A DNA stretch of 64,000 nucleotides from Sphingomonas sp. (GCF_017304615.1 NZ_JAFKLZ010000001.1:1450570-1514569); one strand, 5' to 3'. Positions 38,835 to 48,924 are shown, counted from the stretch's first letter. The notes: generated from the letters alone by a model not told the origin. Made by a program: numbers and translations.

Positions 38835-39590
38835 ATGGGCAAGGACAAGAAGGATGGCGGCGACGAGCTCCAGCGCGGGCTGGTGCAGATGCAGCTCGCC
38901 CATATGCAGGACGGCACGCGGACGATCGTCGTCGTCGAAGGGCGCGACGGCGCGGGCAAGGACAGCACGATCGCGGCGCTGACCGAGCATCTGTCGGCGC
39001 GCTCGACCCGGATCGTCGCGCTGCCCAAGCCGAACGACCGCGAAAAGACGCAATGGTATTTCCAGCGCTATATCGCGCACTTGCCCGCCGCGGGCGAACT
39101 CGTGATCTTCAACCGCAGCTGGTACAACCGCGCCGGGGTGGAGGTGGTCAATGGCTTCTCGACAGTGGAGGAGCAGGCGCAGTTCCTGAAGGACGTGCCC
39201 GATTTCGAACGGATGCTGGTCGAAAGCGGGATCAAGCTCGTGAAGCTATGGCTCGACATCACCAACGCCGAGCAGAGGGAACGGCTCGACGATCGCGCGA
39301 CTAATCCACTCAAGGCCCTGAAACGCTCGCCCTTGGATGCCGTCGCGCAGGACAAGTGGGACGATTACTCCAAGGCGCGCAACACAATGCTGATCGCCAC
39401 GTCGAGCGCGGTCGCCCCCTGGGTCTGCGTGCGCGCCGACCACAAGAAGAAGGCGCACAAGGCCACGATCCGCCACATCCTCCGCACGCTGGCCCCCAAC
39501 GAGGTGGCGAAGACGGTCGAGGTGCCGGACGCGGAGGTGTTGTTCCCGTTCGAAGCGAAGGCGGTGGAGGATGGGCGGTTGGAGAAGTAG
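38835..39590 (+). CDS. ppk2: polyphosphate kinase 2
   Basis: RBS GGAGG. GRDGAGKDSTI Walker A-like motif, WYFQRYIAHLPAAGELVIFNRSWYNRAGVE. Confidence 0.88.
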   Translation: MGKDKKDGGDELQRGLVQMQLAHMQDGTRTIVVVEGRDGAGKDSTIAALTEHLSARSTRIVALPKPNDREKTQWYFQRYIAHLPAAGELVIFNRSWYNRAGVEVVNGFSTVEEQAQFLKDVPDFERMLVESGIKLVKLWLDITNAEQRERLDDRATNPLKALKRSPLDAVAQDKWDDYSKARNTMLIATSSAVAPWVCVRADHKKKAHKATIRHILRTLAPNEVAKTVEVPDAEVLFPFEAKAVEDGRLEK

Positions 39591-39627
39591 CTCAAGCTTC
39601 TTCGCCAACCGCCTCCAAGAACGCATG

Positions 39628-39849
39628 TCAGCCCCATCTGCCGATATAAATGCCGGTGATACGATGATAATTGCCCGGCCCCGTCGCAGGGCTGGTTTCT
39701 AACGTAATTTCAGCATCTCTACTGAATGCAAGAATGCCGAGAGCAGCATGTGACGAATTGGCATCCGTCGCGAACGTTTCTGGCCTATCGGTGAACTGGA
39801 AATACAGTTCTCCGGTTTCGGCTGCGCGAATTCCTTTTACTTTAGTCAT
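39628..39849 (-). CDS. 73-aa hypothetical protein in a lower-GC spacer
   Basis: ATG 39849 (MTKVKGIRAAETGELYFQF...) sits 5 nt downstream of AGGAGG. No family recognised. Confidence 0.5.
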   Translation of the reverse strand: MTKVKGIRAAETGELYFQFTDRPETFATDANSSHAALGILAFSRDAEITLETSPATGPGNYHRITGIYIGRWG

Positions 39850-39851
39850 TT

Positions 39852-39881
39852 CCACCTCCTGAAGTTACTCAAGGAAGGTGG
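39852..39881 (-). promoter_or_regulatory. 5'-UTR hairpin predicted to sequester the Shine-Dalgarno of the 73-aa ORF
   Basis: The mRNA reads CCACCUUCCU-UGAGUAACUUC-AGGAGGUGG-AA-AUG: a 9-bp stem with a one-nucleotide bulge that pairs the entire AGGAGG. Confidence 0.4.
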
Positions 39882-39930
39882 CAGTGATCACATAGTACGC
39901 AATGACAACGGTCCAAATCGGCCTAATCTC

Positions 39931-40929
39931 TCAATCCCCCGTCACCCGGACCGACCCCAAATCCCCCATCCCCACCGTTCCGCTCGCCATCGCGAGCATC
40001 GCGTCGAGGCTCTTTTTCGCCTTCAGCCGCAGGCTTTCCTCGATCTCGATCCGCGGCTCGAGGTCGCGCAGCGCGATGTAGAGTTTCTCCATCGTGTTGA
40101 GCGCCATATAGGGGCAGATGTTGCAGTTGCAGTTGCCGTCCGCGCCCGGCGCGCCGATGAAATGCTTGTCGGGCGCGGCCTTTTCCATCTGGTGGATGAT
40201 GTGCGGTTCGGTCGCGACGATCAGCGTGTCGCCCGCCATCTCCCCCGCGAACTTCAGGATGCCGCTGGTCGACCCGACATAATCGGCATGGTCGAGGATA
40301 TAGGGCGGGCATTCGGGGTGCGCGGCGATCGGCGCGCCGGGGTGCTGCGCCCTGAGCTTGAGCAATTCGGTCTCGCTGAACGCCTCGTGCACGATGCACA
40401 CGCCCGGCCACAGCAGCATGTCGCGCCCGGTCTTGCGCGCCAGATAGCCGCCCAGATTCTTGTCCGGGCCGAAGATGATTTTCTGGTCCTTCGGGATCTG
40501 GCTCAGAATCTTTTCCGCTGAGGAGCTGGTGACGATGATGTCGCTGAGCGCCTTCACCTCGGTCGAGCAGTTGATGTAGGTCAGGGCGATCGCATCGGGA
40601 TGCTGCGCGCGGAACGCGGCGAACTGGTCGGGGGGGCAACTGTCCTCAAGCGAACACCCGGCGTTGAGGTCTGGCAGCACCACGACCTTGTCGGGCGACA
40701 GTATCTTGGCGGTCTCCGCCATGAACTTGACGCCGCAGAATGCAATCACCTCGGCATCGGTCGCCTGCGCCTTTTTCGACAGATCGAGACTGTCACCGAC
40801 GAAATCGGCCAGGTCCTGGATTTCGGGCTTCTGATAGTAATGCGCCAGGATCACCGCGTTGCGCTCACGCCGCAAACGGTCGATTTCGGCGCGGAGGTCG
40901 AGGCCCTTCAGGTGCGGATGCTGTTCCAT
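39931..40929 (-). CDS. nadA: quinolinate synthase
   Basis: 332 aa with ILAHYYQ, MAETAKIL and a cysteine-rich C-terminal region (CNCNICPYM). Confidence 0.92.
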   Translation of the reverse strand: MEQHPHLKGLDLRAEIDRLRRERNAVILAHYYQKPEIQDLADFVGDSLDLSKKAQATDAEVIAFCGVKFMAETAKILSPDKVVVLPDLNAGCSLEDSCPPDQFAAFRAQHPDAIALTYINCSTEVKALSDIIVTSSSAEKILSQIPKDQKIIFGPDKNLGGYLARKTGRDMLLWPGVCIVHEAFSETELLKLRAQHPGAPIAAHPECPPYILDHADYVGSTSGILKFAGEMAGDTLIVATEPHIIHQMEKAAPDKHFIGAPGADGNCNCNICPYMALNTMEKLYIALRDLEPRIEIEESLRLKAKKSLDAMLAMASGTVGMGDLGSVRVTGD

Positions 40930-40968
40930 GGCACGGACATGGCCCCGTGGCGCGCCGCGATCAAGCGG

Positions 40969-41757
40969 CTAGCGCCCCGTAACCAGCGGACCAGTCGGCG
41001 GTGGCGGAAAATCGAACGGCGGCACGTCGGCGCCCGGCGATCCGGCGGTGACCGAATTGTAGAGCGCGGTGCCGACGGGACTGTAGGTCACCGCTTCGGT
41101 CACGATGAAAGCCGCGATCATCACCGCAATGCCGCGGCCCCACGCCGGATGCACCACGCCGGCGCGGCGATAATCGGCGACCACACCGATTATCGGGAAG
41201 ATCATAACGACGGCGAACGTCGCTTCCCATGCCCAGGGCACCAGCAAAGGGACTGGCAGCAGCCGCCCCAATGCCGGATCGAGCAGCATCGCCATCCCGC
41301 AGTAATGCAGCCGCCGATGCCATTCGGTGCGCCGCCGCATCACGATCGCGGCGATCGTCAGTCCGGCAAATGTAAAGACGGTCACCGGGTCGAAGACCAG
41401 GAACTGGACCGGCCGAAAGAAGAACGGCACGTGGCCCGCGCGCACCATCGCCACCGTCACCGCGCAGCCGAGCACGACCATCAGCACCATCCACCCCGCG
41501 CCGATCCAGCCCAAGGTACGATGCAACGCCATCGACCCGCGAGTGATGAAAATGTTCTGCAGGACGTAGAGCACCATCCAGCCCATGAAGACGAGGGCAT
41601 GTGCGTGAACCAGGGGCGGCGCGCCGAAGCTGGACCGACCCATCGCGAGTTGAAGCGAGAAGCCGGCAACGATGGTCGCCGCCATCACAAACGCCATCAC
41701 CAAGAAGAAATTGTCGTCGCGCGTCGGCGCGATATGCGGTGCGGCCAGTGTCGCCAT
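40969..41757 (-). CDS. multi-TM membrane protein of unknown function
   Basis: ATG 41757 gives MATLAAPHIAPTRDDNFFLVMAFVMAATIVAGF, with about 7 hydrophobic segments. Confidence 0.6.
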   Translation of the reverse strand: MATLAAPHIAPTRDDNFFLVMAFVMAATIVAGFSLQLAMGRSSFGAPPLVHAHALVFMGWMVLYVLQNIFITRGSMALHRTLGWIGAGWMVLMVVLGCAVTVAMVRAGHVPFFFRPVQFLVFDPVTVFTFAGLTIAAIVMRRRTEWHRRLHYCGMAMLLDPALGRLLPVPLLVPWAWEATFAVVMIFPIIGVVADYRRAGVVHPAWGRGIAVMIAAFIVTEAVTYSPVGTALYNSVTAGSPGADVPPFDFPPPPTGPLVTGR

Positions 41758-41797
41758 GATGTTCCCCCCGGAAAATCCCGGGCGAGCGAATATCATT

Positions 41798-42667
41798 TCA
41801 GGGCGCGGGGCGCCAGCCGTCGTCCTGTTCGGCAACCAACCCGCGCGCCTGCAAGTCGATCAGGTGCGCCAGGACCGATCGTTCGGCTGCAGGGAACAAG
41901 CGCGGATCGATCCCGGCGTACATCTTCTCGACCATCGCAGGGACGGTCTGCGGGCCGGTCGCGAGCAGCCGGACGATCTGCCCCTCGCGCTGTTTCCGGT
42001 GGCCGATCAACCCACGGACCAGCCGCTGCGGCCGGTCGACCGGGTCACCGTGCGCCGGATAATAGATCCGGTCTTCGCGGCCCTGCAGCTTCGCCAGGCT
42101 GTTCAAATATGCCGCCATGTCGCCATCGGGTGGCGAGACGATCGTGGTCGACCATCCCATCACATGGTCGCCGGTGAACAGCGCCCCGAAACCTTCTTGA
42201 GCCTCGGGCAGGGCGAACGCCAGATGGTTGCTGGTGTGGCCGGGCGTCGAGAGCGCGGTCAGCGTCCACCCTTCGCCTGACACGCTCTCCCCCTCCACCA
42301 GCACGCGATCGGGCGCATAATCCTTGTCGAAGCTCGCATCGGCGCGCGGGCCTAGATCGTCGAGCGCGAGCGGCGCACATCCGACGATCGGCGCGGCGGT
42401 TGCGCCCTTGAGCGGGACGGCTCCTGGACTGTGGTCGCGGTGGGTGTGGGTGATGACGATCGCGGTCACCGGGCGACCGGCGATCGCGGCGATCAGTGCG
42501 TTGATATGATCAGGATTGTCCGGGCCAGGGTCGATCACCGCTAGATCGGTGGTCCCGACCAGATGCGTCTGCGTACCGGTGTGCGTGAACGGCGACGGAT
42601 TGTTCGCCAACACCCGCGTCACCAGCGGTTCCAGGACCTGCGGGACGCCGGGTTGTTGTTCATCCAT
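41798..42667 (-). CDS. MBL-fold metallo-hydrolase
   Basis: THTHRDHSPG (HxHxDH) and downstream TPGHTSNH. Confidence 0.85.
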   Translation of the reverse strand: MDEQQPGVPQVLEPLVTRVLANNPSPFTHTGTQTHLVGTTDLAVIDPGPDNPDHINALIAAIAGRPVTAIVITHTHRDHSPGAVPLKGATAAPIVGCAPLALDDLGPRADASFDKDYAPDRVLVEGESVSGEGWTLTALSTPGHTSNHLAFALPEAQEGFGALFTGDHVMGWSTTIVSPPDGDMAAYLNSLAKLQGREDRIYYPAHGDPVDRPQRLVRGLIGHRKQREGQIVRLLATGPQTVPAMVEKMYAGIDPRLFPAAERSVLAHLIDLQARGLVAEQDDGWRPAP

Positions 42668-42766
42668 ATCCGGCTGATGCCGAGCGGGCGGCGGTTTGGC
42701 AAGGAACGGGTTCGGGGTGGCGCGTGACCGGCACCACCCCTCGCCCCCTCCCTCCGGCTCGTTCGA

Positions 42767-44317
42767 TCAATCGCGCTCGGCGCGGTCCGATTCCATATCA
42801 CGGATCGATTCGTCGATCCCCTCGAGCGCTTCGCGGCGCGCGTCGGCCGGCATGTCGACGTTGCCGGCAATGCTGGCGCGGGCGCTGCGCAGACCCTTCA
42901 GCGCGCGATCATAGGCCATGCGCTGGATATCCCTGCTCTTGACCGCATTGTCCGCGCTGATCGAGGCGAGCCGCTCGATACGGTCGGTGCAGATGATCAT
43001 GATCTTCTTGTCGCCGCGCGACTTGTCGATGACCATGCTCTCGCGCTTGCCGTTGCCGCCACCGCACCGGCGCGAGCGGACGTCTGGTATGTTCTTGAGC
43101 TCGGGTATGTTCGCCAGTTCGGGCATGTCCGGGACGTCGGGGATATCCTTGATATCCTCGCTGATCGTGTTGCCGTCCTTGTCGATCTTGACGATCTTGA
43201 TCTTCTTGACGCGTGTCGGCGCTTCGGGCGCGGACGGCGGCGAGGCGGCTTTAGGGGGTGCCGGCAATTCGCTACCCTCGGGCATAGCGGGCGGTGCCGG
43301 CGGCGCACTCTGCAGCTTGGCGCCGATCCGCGCGTCGAGCTTCGAGATGTCGATGCCGGTCGCCTTCTCGACGCCGGCGCGCACGCTGGCGGCAGCGGCG
43401 GTGCCGCTGGCGGTGCCCGCCAGTCCGACGATCATCAGCGCAGCGACGGCCGTACCGCCTAGCGCCAGGCGAGTCCGCGACCGCGGTCCGGTGGTAAGCA
43501 TCCTCAATCGTCCTTTCAGGTCATTTATCGTGTGAAGGTGGCAGGCCGCCGACACTGCGCCGCCATGCGCCGCCTTGACGATGGCGCAGGCATAGGTGTG
43601 GCGGTCGATCGGCGATCGCCCAGCGAGCACACGAGCGTCGTTGGCCATTTCCTGGTCGCTGCGGTACGCGCGGAAGGCACGCCACGCGATCGGGTTGAAC
43701 CAGTGCAGCGCGAGCACGCCAAGCGCGATCCAGTTGGCGAAGAGGTCGCCGCGCTGATGGTGGCCGATCTCATGCGCCAGCGCGAGTTCGCGCTCGTCGG
43801 CATCGTAGCGCTCGGAGAAATCGCGCGGGAAAGCAACGTAGCGGCGGAAGATGCCGAACGCGAGCGGCCCCGACGCCGCCTCGGTCTCGATCACGTCGAT
43901 CGCCCCGGCGCGCTCGGCGAGAGTGCTCCCGGCGATCATTCGCTGGCAGAAGCGCCAATGGCTGACCGTGTGCCAGCACAGAAACGCCGCCGCGCCGACA
44001 CCCCACAGCACGGCCAAGGGTAAGCCGAGCGAGGAAAACAGGGATGCGGGCGCAGCGGCCGAGCCTCCGAGCGGCTCGATCACGTAAACCGTCAGCGTCT
44101 GGGTCAAATCGGGGGCCGCCGCCGTAGCGGCCGTTGCCGCGCTCCGCCACGCCGGCAATTGCGGGAGCGGCGGCAGGACCAGCCGGATCGCCGGCAACGC
44201 CCATAGCGCATAGGCGATGCCGGGACCGAAACTCCGGCGCACGGGGCCGCGGATGACGAGCACGATCGCCATCAGCACGGTGGAGGCGATCAGTGCCTCG
44301 ATCATCCAGCCGATCAC
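42767..44317 (-). CDS. M56-family (BlaR1/MecR1-like) membrane metalloprotease signal transducer with non-PBP C-terminal domain
   Basis: N-terminal TM helices, HExxH motif in LALAHEIGHHQRGDL, GTGA overlap with the upstream BlaI-like gene. Confidence 0.8.
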   Translation of the reverse strand: MIGWMIEALIASTVLMAIVLVIRGPVRRSFGPGIAYALWALPAIRLVLPPLPQLPAWRSAATAATAAAPDLTQTLTVYVIEPLGGSAAAPASLFSSLGLPLAVLWGVGAAAFLCWHTVSHWRFCQRMIAGSTLAERAGAIDVIETEAASGPLAFGIFRRYVAFPRDFSERYDADERELALAHEIGHHQRGDLFANWIALGVLALHWFNPIAWRAFRAYRSDQEMANDARVLAGRSPIDRHTYACAIVKAAHGGAVSAACHLHTINDLKGRLRMLTTGPRSRTRLALGGTAVAALMIVGLAGTASGTAAAASVRAGVEKATGIDISKLDARIGAKLQSAPPAPPAMPEGSELPAPPKAASPPSAPEAPTRVKKIKIVKIDKDGNTISEDIKDIPDVPDMPELANIPELKNIPDVRSRRCGGGNGKRESMVIDKSRGDKKIMIICTDRIERLASISADNAVKSRDIQRMAYDRALKGLRSARASIAGNVDMPADARREALEGIDESIRDMESDRAERD

Positions 44318-44682
44318 GACTTCAGATCCTTCAGCAGCGCCTCGATCTCGGCGATGTCCTGGTCGGTCAACTGGTCGCGTTCGGCGAGATGCGCGACGAG
44401 CGGCGTCAGCTTGCCGCCGAACAGCCGGTCGATCAGCCGCTGCGATTCACCCGCGACATAATCCTCCCGCGCGACGATAGGGCGATAGAGGTATCGGCGC
44501 CCATCCTCCTCATGCGCGATCGCGTTCTTGGCGAGCAGGCGGCCGAGCAAGGTCTTGACAGTGTTCGCGCTCCAGTCGCGCTCACGCGGCACGCGTTCGG
44601 CAACGTCCTGGGCGCTGAGCGGGCTTTGCTCCCACAGCACCTCCATGACGGTGTGTTCGGCATCGCTGATACGTTCGGCCAC
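44314..44682 (-). CDS. BlaI/MecI/CopY-family transcriptional repressor
   Basis: 122 aa (ISDAEHTVMEVLWEQSPLSAQDVAERV...). GTG start preceded by AGGAG. Confidence 0.85.
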   Translation of the reverse strand: MAERISDAEHTVMEVLWEQSPLSAQDVAERVPRERDWSANTVKTLLGRLLAKNAIAHEEDGRRYLYRPIVAREDYVAGESQRLIDRLFGGKLTPLVAHLAERDQLTDQDIAEIEALLKDLKS

Positions 44683-44707
44683 GACTCGCTCCTGCTATGA
44701 CTACGCC

Positions 44708-44726
44708 TGTAATCGCATTGATTACT
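44708..44726. promoter_or_regulatory. candidate BlaI-type operator
   Basis: TGTAAT-cgcattg-ATTACT (GTAAT-N7-ATTAC inverted repeat with a TGTA/TACA-like core), 26-44 nt upstream of the repressor start. Confidence 0.3.
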
Positions 44727-44898
44727 ATTGTGGTCAAGCTAGGTTGGAACTGGGTCGCGCAATAGTCGGCAAATTTTACAAGTACGTCGAACCGCGTTGG
44801 AGCGTTAACCATCGAACGTGGCAGAAATCCTGCCTCCGTCCGACTTGGCACGCGCTCTGCAATGTAACGCGTGCCCGAGCGGTTTCCCGCTTCAGCAG

Positions 44899-44939
44899 GG
44901 GTGGACCGGCGCTCCCCCCGATCTCGCGCCGGTCCACCC
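44899..44939. terminator. GC-rich 14-bp perfect hairpin downstream of the glycosyltransferase gene
   Basis: GGGTGGACCGGCGC-13 nt-GCGCCGGTCCACCC, 23 nt beyond the stop at 44962. There is no U-tract, so its terminator function is uncertain. Confidence 0.4.
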
Positions 44940-44961
44940 TCACCCGGGTCTCACCAACAGA

Positions 44962-46251
44962 CTATTCGGCGGCGACGGCGATTCTTTCGTCGTGCGGCAC
45001 GCCCGGAAAACGCCATCCCGCACCCGCATTGGCCCGCGCGGCGGCATGTGCCATCGCCCGGGGATAGATATTGCCGAGCAAATGTTCGAACGTCCGCCGC
45101 CAACTGAAATTGGCCTCGACATACGCCCGCGCGGCCGCACCGATCGCATCATGGTCGGCGCGCCACAACTTGACGACATTATTCGCCATTGCCGTCGTGT
45201 CGTCGACTGGGCCTAGCAGTCCCAGCCCCGACGGTACGCGATCGGGCATCGCGCCTGACGCGACGCCGACCACCGGCAACCCGCTGGCCTGCGCCTCGAG
45301 CACCGAAATGCCGAACGTCTCGTCAGCCATCGCCGACACATAGATGTCCGAAGAGGCGAGTGCGCGGGCGAGTTCGGCGCGGTCTTTCTCGAAACCCGGG
45401 AAAGCGACCGGCAGCCCCACGGCTTCGGCCTGAAGGCGCCCCATCAGCTTGCCGTCGCCGATCATCACCATCGCCGCGCCCATGTCGGCCGGCAATTTCT
45501 TGAACATGTCGATCAGGCGGTCGGCCCGCTTCTCGTTATCGACGCGTCCAGCATAGACCAGCAGCGGACCGTCGCCCGGCAGCCCCAGTTCCCGCCGATA
45601 TGCCGCGTCGCGCTTGGCCGGCGCGAACATGTCGATGTCGACACCCAGCGGCAGCACGTCGGTCCGCGTGATCCTGCGCCGCCCGAGCGCCTCTCGCGCA
45701 TCCTCGCTGAGCGTATAGACCCAGTCGAACTCGCGATACGTAATCTCGGCATAGCCGTAGCTCAGCCATTGCAGCGCGCGCGCGGTCGTTTCGCCAAACT
45801 TCGCCTGGCCGACGCGATAGACATGCGCGTTGGGGAAATCGGTGCGGTACCCGGCGATCAGCGTAGTCTCCGGGAACGTCTTGCGGTGGTTGATCGCGGT
45901 CCAGGGCAGCACCCAAGGGCACAGGGATTCGATCACGTCCGGGCGATATTTGGCCAGTATGTCGCGAACCACGCGGGTGCGCAGGATGAAGCGGTAATTG
46001 GGGCTGCCACGCACCGGGTCGGCGCCGACCTCCGCGAAGATGTGGCGGCCGTTGACGGTGATCTTGTCCTCCGGCCCCGGCACGATCTGGAGCAGGTGGT
46101 GCGGCGTGTGCGTCAGGACATAATCCCGCTTCTCGCGCAGGTACGTGCTGATCCCGCCTCCGCCCGACGGCGCGTAGCTTTGCGTGAGGTCGCACAGGAT
46201 CAGCGGGCCGGCCGTGCCCGGCCGCCGCGGAAAATCGCCATTGAGGAGCAC
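44962..46251 (-). CDS. glycosyltransferase family 4 (GT-B)
   Basis: C-terminal ETFGISVLEAQASGLPVVG (E-x7-E region). GTG start at 46251. Confidence 0.8.
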   Translation of the reverse strand: MLLNGDFPRRPGTAGPLILCDLTQSYAPSGGGGISTYLREKRDYVLTHTPHHLLQIVPGPEDKITVNGRHIFAEVGADPVRGSPNYRFILRTRVVRDILAKYRPDVIESLCPWVLPWTAINHRKTFPETTLIAGYRTDFPNAHVYRVGQAKFGETTARALQWLSYGYAEITYREFDWVYTLSEDAREALGRRRITRTDVLPLGVDIDMFAPAKRDAAYRRELGLPGDGPLLVYAGRVDNEKRADRLIDMFKKLPADMGAAMVMIGDGKLMGRLQAEAVGLPVAFPGFEKDRAELARALASSDIYVSAMADETFGISVLEAQASGLPVVGVASGAMPDRVPSGLGLLGPVDDTTAMANNVVKLWRADHDAIGAAARAYVEANFSWRRTFEHLLGNIYPRAMAHAAARANAGAGWRFPGVPHDERIAVAAE

Positions 46252-46272
46252 AATGCTCTCCCTGTTTATCTG

Positions 46273-46602
46273 TTACGCTGGCGTAACGCCTTGGTCTGCA
46301 AAGAGTTGCGCCAGCTCGCCACTCTCGTACATTTCCATCATTATGTCGGACCCGCCGACAAACTCGCCTTTTACATAGAGTTGCGGGATGGTCGGCCAGT
46401 CGCTGAACGCCTTGATCCCTTGGCGAACCTCCTGATCCTGCAGCACGTCAACGCTGTCGAATTCGACGCCAAGATGGTTGAGGATCGCGACCGCCCGGCT
46501 CGAAAACCCGCATTGCGGGAATAGCGGGCTGCCCTTCATGAACAGCAGCACGTCGGCGCCGTTGACGAGGCCAGCGATGCGTTCCTGGGTCTGGTCGGTC
46601 AT
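46273..46602 (-). CDS. grxD: monothiol glutaredoxin (Grx4 family)
   Basis: CGFS active site (PQCGFS), [12 protein letters not shown] 46602 is preferred over the TTG at 46611. Confidence 0.9.
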   Translation of the reverse strand: MTDQTQERIAGLVNGADVLLFMKGSPLFPQCGFSSRAVAILNHLGVEFDSVDVLQDQEVRQGIKAFSDWPTIPQLYVKGEFVGGSDIMMEMYESGELAQLFADQGVTPA

Positions 46603-46629
46603 CGAATTCAATCCTTCATTCCGTCGCGC

Positions 46630-46860
46630 CTATTCGGCAGAGGTCGTAAGTTGCAGGGCGTGCAGCACACCGCCCATGCGCCCGCCAAGCGCATTGTAAA
46701 CCGCCTGATGCTGCCGAACGCGCGGCACCCCCGCAAAAGATGCGCTGATCACGCGCGCGGCATAATGGTCACCGTCGCCTGCCAGATCGGTTATCTCGAC
46801 CCTGGCGTCGGGAATGCCGGCCACGATCAGCGCTTCGATGTCGGCGGCCGCCATCGGCAT
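46630..46860 (-). CDS. BolA-family protein
   Basis: 76 aa with GDGDHYAARVISASFAGVPRVRQHQAVYNAL. Adjacent to grxD, the usual pairing. Confidence 0.85.
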   Translation of the reverse strand: MPMAAADIEALIVAGIPDARVEITDLAGDGDHYAARVISASFAGVPRVRQHQAVYNALGGRMGGVLHALQLTTSAE

Positions 46861-46861
46861 G

Positions 46862-47185
46862 TTATTTCGATTCCAGCAACTGGCGGCGTGCTTCGACCGC
46901 CTGTTCCTCGATCGCCTTGCGGACCATCGCGTCGTCGGCGTCGACCCCCGCCGCAGTCAGATCGCCGAGCAGCTTGCGCACGACATCCTCGTCTCCGGCT
47001 TCCTCGAACTCCGCCTGAATTACGGCGCGCGAATAGGCTTCGGTTTCCTCGGGCGTGAGGTTCATCAGCCCCGCGGCCCATTGCCCGAGCAGCTTGTTGC
47101 GCCGCGCCGTCACGCGGAACGCCATTTCCTCGTCGTGCGCGAACTTGGTCTCGAAAGCGCGCTCGCGGTCGTCGAAGGTGGTCAT
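46862..47185 (-). CDS. DUF1476 protein (alphaproteobacterial ATPase-inhibitor zeta-subunit-like)
   Basis: MTTFDDRERAFETKFAHDEEMAFRVTARRNKLLGQWAA. Confidence 0.8.
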   Translation of the reverse strand: MTTFDDRERAFETKFAHDEEMAFRVTARRNKLLGQWAAGLMNLTPEETEAYSRAVIQAEFEEAGDEDVVRKLLGDLTAAGVDADDAMVRKAIEEQAVEARRQLLESK

Positions 47186-47330
47186 TACTGCTCCCTGGCC
47201 GTTTGTTACGGCTTGGGAGATAGGGTGCGCATGGCGGTATGCCAAGGCGTGTTCAGGCAAAGGCCGGAACCTTGCCGGTTACTGCAAAGGCAGCGACTAT
47301 CGCTCCGGCCTGCACCGGAGCAACCACGCG

Positions 47331-48332
47331 TCAATCCGCGACCTTAACCACCAGCTTTCCGATCGCGCCGCGTGCCGCCATCTTGGCGATCGCCTTGCCG
47401 CCGTCCGCGAACGCGAAGGTTTCGGTGACGCGCGGGGCGATCCTGCCGTCCTTCCATAGCCGGAACAGCCGGTCGATATGCGCGCGGTTGGCCTGCGGAT
47501 CGCGCGCCGCGAACGCGCCCCAGAACACGCCGCACACGTCGCAGCTCTTGAGCAGCGTCAGGTTGAGCGGCAATTTCGGGATGCCCGCAGGGAAACCGAC
47601 CACCAGATAGCGACCTTCCCAGCCGATCGACCGCAGCGCCGGTTCGGCATAGTCGCCGCCGACCGGATCGTAGATCACGTCATAACCCTGCTTGCCGCCC
47701 GCCGCCTTGAATTGCTCGGCAAGCGCCTTGGATTGGTCCTTGTCGAACGGCGCGCGGCCATAGACGATCGTCTCGTCCGCCCCCGCCTCGCGGCACGCCG
47801 CCGCCTTTTCCTCCGACGAGACCGCCGCCACGACCCGCGCGCCAAACGCCTTGCCCAGTTCGATCGCCGCGAGCCCCACGCCGCCCGCCGCGCCCAGGAC
47901 GAGCATGTTGTGCCCCTCCTTCAAATGCCCGCGGTCGAGCAGCGCATGGATCGTCGTGCCATAGGTCAGGATCAGCGACGCACCTTCTTCGAAGCTACGC
48001 CCGTCGGGCAACGGGAAAAGGCTCGATGCCGGGACCGCGATCTTCTCGACCAGCCCGCCCGACCCGGTCGTGCCGAGCACGCGGTCGCCCGGCTTGAACT
48101 CGGTCACCCCTTCGCCGACGCTTTCGACTACGCCCGCCATCTCGCTGCCCGGTGCGAACGGGCGCGGCGGTTTGAACTGATACTTATCCTCGATGATCAG
48201 GACATCGGGATAGTTGATGCTGCACGCCTTGACCGCGACGACGACCTGGCCCGGCCCCGCAACCGGGTCCGGAAGTTCGTCCATCACCATTGTTTCGGGA
48301 CCCCCAGGCGCCTTAGACAGCAACCCCCGCAT
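47331..48332 (-). CDS. NADPH:quinone oxidoreductase / zinc-type alcohol dehydrogenase superfamily
   Basis: [34 protein letters not shown] and the Rossmann motif LGAAGGVG. Confidence 0.85.
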   Translation of the reverse strand: MRGLLSKAPGGPETMVMDELPDPVAGPGQVVVAVKACSINYPDVLIIEDKYQFKPPRPFAPGSEMAGVVESVGEGVTEFKPGDRVLGTTGSGGLVEKIAVPASSLFPLPDGRSFEEGASLILTYGTTIHALLDRGHLKEGHNMLVLGAAGGVGLAAIELGKAFGARVVAAVSSEEKAAACREAGADETIVYGRAPFDKDQSKALAEQFKAAGGKQGYDVIYDPVGGDYAEPALRSIGWEGRYLVVGFPAGIPKLPLNLTLLKSCDVCGVFWGAFAARDPQANRAHIDRLFRLWKDGRIAPRVTETFAFADGGKAIAKMAARGAIGKLVVKVAD

Positions 48333-48924
48333 GCACACTCTCCCGCCTGAGCCACGGGCGCTCGGCGGCGACCGCGGATTCGTATTTCGAAATCGCGGTA
48401 TCCCTTGCCAGCGTCAGACCGACTTCGTCCAGCCCTTCCATCAGGCACGTGCGGCGAAACGGGTCGAGCGTGAATTCGAAGCGGTCCTGAAAGGGGGTGG
48501 TGACGGTCATCGTCTCCAGATCGACGCTCACCTCGTCGGTCTTCGCGACCTCGACGAGCCGATCGATCGCGTGCTGTGGCAGAACGACGGGTACGATCCC
48601 GTTCTTGACCGCATTGCCCGAAAAGATGTCCGAATAGCTCGGCGCGATGATTGCGGTGATGCCGAGATCCTTGAGCGCCCAGGCGGCATGTTCGCGGCTC
48701 GACCCGCACCCGAAATTGTCGCCCGCGATCAGGATCGGCGAACCGGCATAACGCTCATCGTCGAAGATGTTGCCGGGCTGCTCACGGACCGTCTCGAACG
48801 CGCCCTTGCCCAGCCCCTCCCGCGAGATCGTCTTGAGCCAATGTGCGGGAATGATGACGTCGGTATCGACGTTCTTGGCGCCCCAGGGGTAAGCGCGCCC
48901 CTCAACCCGGCGGACCGGCGTCAT
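48313..48924 (-). CDS. leuD: 3-isopropylmalate dehydratase small subunit
   Basis: ATG 48924. NVDTDVIIP and [17 protein letters not shown]. Confidence 0.92.
   Translation of the reverse strand: MTPVRRVEGRAYPWGAKNVDTDVIIPAHWLKTISREGLGKGAFETVREQPGNIFDDERYAGSPILIAGDNFGCGSSREHAAWALKDLGITAIIAPSYSDIFSGNAVKNGIVPVVLPQHAIDRLVEVAKTDEVSVDLETMTVTTPFQDRFEFTLDPFRRTCLMEGLDEVGLTLARDTAISKYESAVAAERPWLRRESVHAGVAV

Noticed and set aside
40600-42177. 525-aa plus-strand ORF
   Set aside because: It runs antisense across nadA, a membrane-protein gene and the MBL hydrolase. It is Arg/His-rich with no domain signature, so it is a GC artefact.
43080-43150. Imperfect 15-nt DNA periodicity in the BlaR1-like gene
   Set aside because: It reflects the short peptide periodicity (IPDVPDMPELANIPELKNIPDV). 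It is too imperfect to call a DNA tandem repeat and is mentioned under the BlaR1 finding.
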